From contig CAVZSH010000007.1 in the NCBI GenBank assembly GCA_963777915.1, positions 83,433 through 147,432 of the forward strand: 64,000 nt of DNA, in the 5' to 3' direction. The notes under the pieces are model-generated. The model had not been told where the DNA came from and ran no database searches. It saw only the letters and a program-made list of their open reading frames with translations. Shown here piece after piece: positions 61,528 to 64,000 of the stretch; within the stretch, counting starts at the first letter, position 1, and every line of letters starts with the position of its first letter. Source of the stretch: an uncultured Solirubrobacterales bacterium. GTDB lineage: Bacteria; Actinomycetota; Thermoleophilia; Solirubrobacterales; 70-9. A program made the translations under genes and the position numbers.

Positions 61528-62359
61528 TTCGCGGGTTGGAGACTGGCGTGGAGGACGGGTCGGAGGACCGCTTGAGGATGTGGTGGCCGCCGTCAGTTCG
61601 CCGGTCGAGGCCGTGGGAGCGGCTGCGGTAGCACCGGCCGTGACGCCCTGGCTTGGTGGGGTCAGGTAGGTAGTCACAGAGAAGGTTGCATTCGAGGTAG
61701 GGGAAGCTGCGTTCTGGGTCTTCGTTCAGTGAAAACCCATTCAGAGTCACCAGACGGCCGTCAACGGCGACGTTTCGCCCGCCGCTGTGGACTAGCGAGT
61801 CGATACCCCTGATGAAGTCGGCGACGTCAGCGAAGTTGCCGCTGAAGGTGAGGTTGTAGGGCATCACGCCGAGCCCTGCGGGGCCGATTGTCGCGCCCAG
61901 CGGCAAAAGTGAGGCCGATGCCTCAGTGGGAGGCACGGTTGCAGCCGTCGCCTCTGCGCTGGGGGAACCGCCCGCCGGCGCCACCGGCGTTGTGGTCGCG
62001 GGCGGGCTTGCCGGCGCGCCGCCACCGGAGCCAGACCCGAGCGCGATGCTGTTGAACCTGAGGTTCGCATGGTTGGCGATCCGGTTCAGCACCACCAACA
62101 GCGAGGAGGTTTCGTCGCTGTTGGGTACGGCCTTGCCGAGGACTACCAGCTGCTGATAGTCGGTTGGGAAATCGCGACGAGCCGATACGGCCTCGGTCGC
62201 CTTGAGTTGCGATTTGGCCAGCGTGGCGCGCAGCTGGCCGACCTGGCCGGCGAGTGCGCTTGCTTCCTGTCGCTTGGGGCCAAGCGCGAGGACCCAAAAG
62301 GCGACGGCAAGGGCTGCGACCACCAGCATCGAGACAATCAGTCGGTTCGCGGAGCTCAT
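61524..62359 (-). pseudogene. pilO: PilO-like pilus assembly protein; 3' boundary and frame uncertain
   Basis: The ATG at 62359 lies 2 nt after the pilN stop. Contains a TM segment LIVSMLVVAALAVAFWVLAL, a coiled coil, DYQQLVVLGKAVPNSDETSSLLVVLNRIA and MPYNLTFSGNFADVADFIRGID. After ...FPYL the plausible reading (NATFSVTTYLTPPSQGVTAG..) moves to another frame. Confidence 0.55.
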
Positions 62360-62360
62360 C

Positions 62361-63191
62361 TCAGCCCCCCGCCGAGCTGGTCGAAGAGGCAGCGGGCGCC
62401 GAGGGCGTGGTCGAGGAGGCAGCGGGCGTCGTAGTTGTCGAAGAGGTCGTTGTCGACGGCGACGGGGGGCTCGCGGCTTCGGTTGAGCCAGCAGCATCGC
62501 TGGAGACTGGCGCCGCATCGAAAGCGGCGACGATCTGGAACTGGGCGATGAAGGTACGCGTCTGGCAGCTCGAGCTAGCCCCCCCGCCCGAGGCTGGTGT
62601 CGCGGAACCGCTGCTGACCGAGCCGCCGCTAGCTTGATTACTTCCAAGCGCCGAGGACTGCACGCCGACCCGGGTCACGCCGTCGATATCCTTCAACGCC
62701 TGGATGAATCCGGCGACAGCTTCCTGACTGCGGGCGCACCCGACCAGCTCCAGTGCCGGTCCCGGGACCGAGGCGCGTAGGGCTATGCTGGCTGCGCCTT
62801 CTGGGCTGACCTGGGGATTGTCGGTAGCGGTGAGGTTGGTAAGCCAGACGTCGCCCGGCAGGACGAGGGCAAGTTCACGCATCACCCGTTCCCAATCAAA
62901 GCGGCTGTCGGCGAGGCTGGTGACGGTCGCAACGCGCTGATCGTGGACGTTGTGAAACTGGGTATAGGCGTCAAAGCGGGCCGCGCGGGCTTTGGCGACG
63001 GCATTTTGTTGCTGGAGTTGGGCGACCTCCGTCTTGCGTTCGGAGATCTGGTTCTCGGAGATGACGAGCACGCTCACTCCAGCCAGGGCGGCGATTAGGG
63101 CTCCGATGACGATGTAGGCGAGCGGGCCGCCCCGCATCGGGGCGCGCCGTCCGTGGCGCTGGTTGATCGGAATGAGGTTGACGGGGCGCAT
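62361..63191 (-). CDS. pilN: PilN-like fimbrial assembly protein with Ser/Thr-rich tail
   Basis: Contains MRPVNLIPINQR, a TM segment LAYIVIGALIAALAGVSVLVI, a coiled coil, and DVWLTNLTAT...GCARSQEAVAGFIQALKDIDGV. Confidence 0.75.
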   Translation of the reverse strand: MRPVNLIPINQRHGRRAPMRGGPLAYIVIGALIAALAGVSVLVISENQISERKTEVAQLQQQNAVAKARAARFDAYTQFHNVHDQRVATVTSLADSRFDWERVMRELALVLPGDVWLTNLTATDNPQVSPEGAASIALRASVPGPALELVGCARSQEAVAGFIQALKDIDGVTRVGVQSSALGSNQASGGSVSSGSATPASGGGASSSCQTRTFIAQFQIVAAFDAAPVSSDAAGSTEAASPPSPSTTTSSTTTTPAASSTTPSAPAASSTSSAGG

Positions 63192-63193
63192 CT

Positions 63194-64000
63194 TTACTCG
63201 TCCAGTGCGAGGCCGTAGGAGAGCGTTAGGCGGGCGGCGGAGGCCGGGTCAAGGTTCGAGAGCGGCTCGGGGAGGCCGGTCGCGATCGGCAAGCCGAGGA
63301 TCGGCTCCATTTGCTCCCCGAGTCCGGGGATAATGCTGCCTGGTCCACTGAGGACGACGCGCTCGACTGGCACTGCCGCCTCCTGGGTGCCATAGAAATC
63401 GAGCGAGAGGCGAAGCTCATCGAGCAGGGAGGAGGTCCGCTCTCATTCGCTGCCCGTGCCTTGGCGATCGTCTCAGGGTCCCCCTCGATAGTCTCGATGC
63501 GGCTGGGTTAGGCCGACGTGGCCAAGCCACATCCGGGCGTGCTCTCGGCTTAACCCGCTCGCACCGGCGAGGACGTCGGCGACGCCCTCGAGGCCAACTG
63601 GCGAGACGCGGGTGAACAGGCACGAGCGTCCCTTGGCGATCGCCAGGTTGGTCGACGTCGCCGACGTTGCAGTAAAGGACGGCAGATTGGGCGGCGTTCA
63701 GGACGCTGTCGCCGTCGCCGGCTGGATCGGGTCCGGGAGTGGCTGGGCCGGCAAGAGCGCGGATCAGGCCAAAAGCCGAGAGGTCGACTCCGAACGGCTC
63801 CAGGCCGGCGTCGCGCAGGGGCTTCAGCGTGGCGGCGATCATGTCGCGGCGGGCGGCGACGACGATCACGTCGATTTGCGGCGGCACCGCCTTCGGCGGC
63901 CCGCACGCCGCCGATCACCCGGTGGTCGAGAACCGCCTGCTCGATCGGCATCGGGATCTGCTCCTGGGCCTCAGAAGCGCACGGCGGCCTCCAGCTCCTT
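63194..64000 (-). pseudogene. pilM: PilM (actin-like ATPase) pilus assembly protein, 3' two-thirds; runs off window end; at least 5 frame changes
   Basis: The pieces are FEAQEQIPMPIEQAVLDHRVIG, IDVIVVAARRDMIAATLKPLRDAGLEPFGVDLSAFGLIRAL, LYCNVGDV, TNLAIAKGRSCLFTRVSPVGLEGVADVLA and LLDELRLSLDFYGTQEAAVPVERVVLSGPGSIIPGLGEQMEPILGLPI...GLALDE*. They lie in different frames. Confidence 0.75.

Noticed and set aside
60638-62647. Single 669-aa ORF taken at face value as one large protein.
   Set aside because: The N-terminal 96 aa overlap the pilN coding region out of frame. The middle segment (CDYLPDPTKPGRHGRCYRSRSHG...) is Arg/His/Cys-rich shadow sequence. The content resolves into PilO plus a second TM-anchored protein.

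Overview
High-GC (by eye about 65-70 %) chromosome segment of actinobacterial type. Supporting genes: F420-type LLM oxidoreductases, egtB/egtD, an MMPL transporter, DUF5679 and a principal sigma factor. Rubrobacteria/Thermoleophilia-like is only a guess. From 1 to 39.7 kb the window holds tightly packed core genes: partial zwf, PBP1A, TrmH, uppP, acs, an MTA-salvage/transporter operon, plsC, thiolase/crotonase/thioesterase, a P-type ATPase, pntAA-AB-B, egtB-egtD, two ABC-2 systems, a processive GT2 synthase, MarR+MMPL and glpX. From 39.7 to 46.3 kb there is a lower-GC accessory patch. It contains a TA-like pair, a truncated DNA methyltransferase, a GGDEF-EAL protein and an integrase scar. It also holds a three-gene minus-strand operon (GAF + dead GGDEF that keeps the I-site, then a stand-alone PilB-N-terminal/MshEN-like protein, then a coiled-coil protein with three perfect 138-bp repeats), which I read as a candidate c-di-GMP effector module. 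yihY and rpoD follow. From 48.6 kb to the window end is a type IV pilus locus made of two convergent operons: pilT-x-pilB-pilT-pilC-pilA1-Ig protein-pilD on the plus strand, and pilM-pilN-pilO-x-pilA2 on the minus strand, with an IS110 remnant between them. A GEMM-I-like (c-di-GMP riboswitch-like) fold lies in the long leader of pilA1. The second half of the window carries many single-nucleotide frameshifts, by manual tracing about 12 in pilB, about 14 in pilT2 and at least 5 in pilM. Neighbouring genes (rpoD, pilD, pilN, the Ig-repeat protein) are uninterrupted. The sequence alone cannot tell whether this is real decay or consensus error. No rRNA, tRNA or CRISPR was found.
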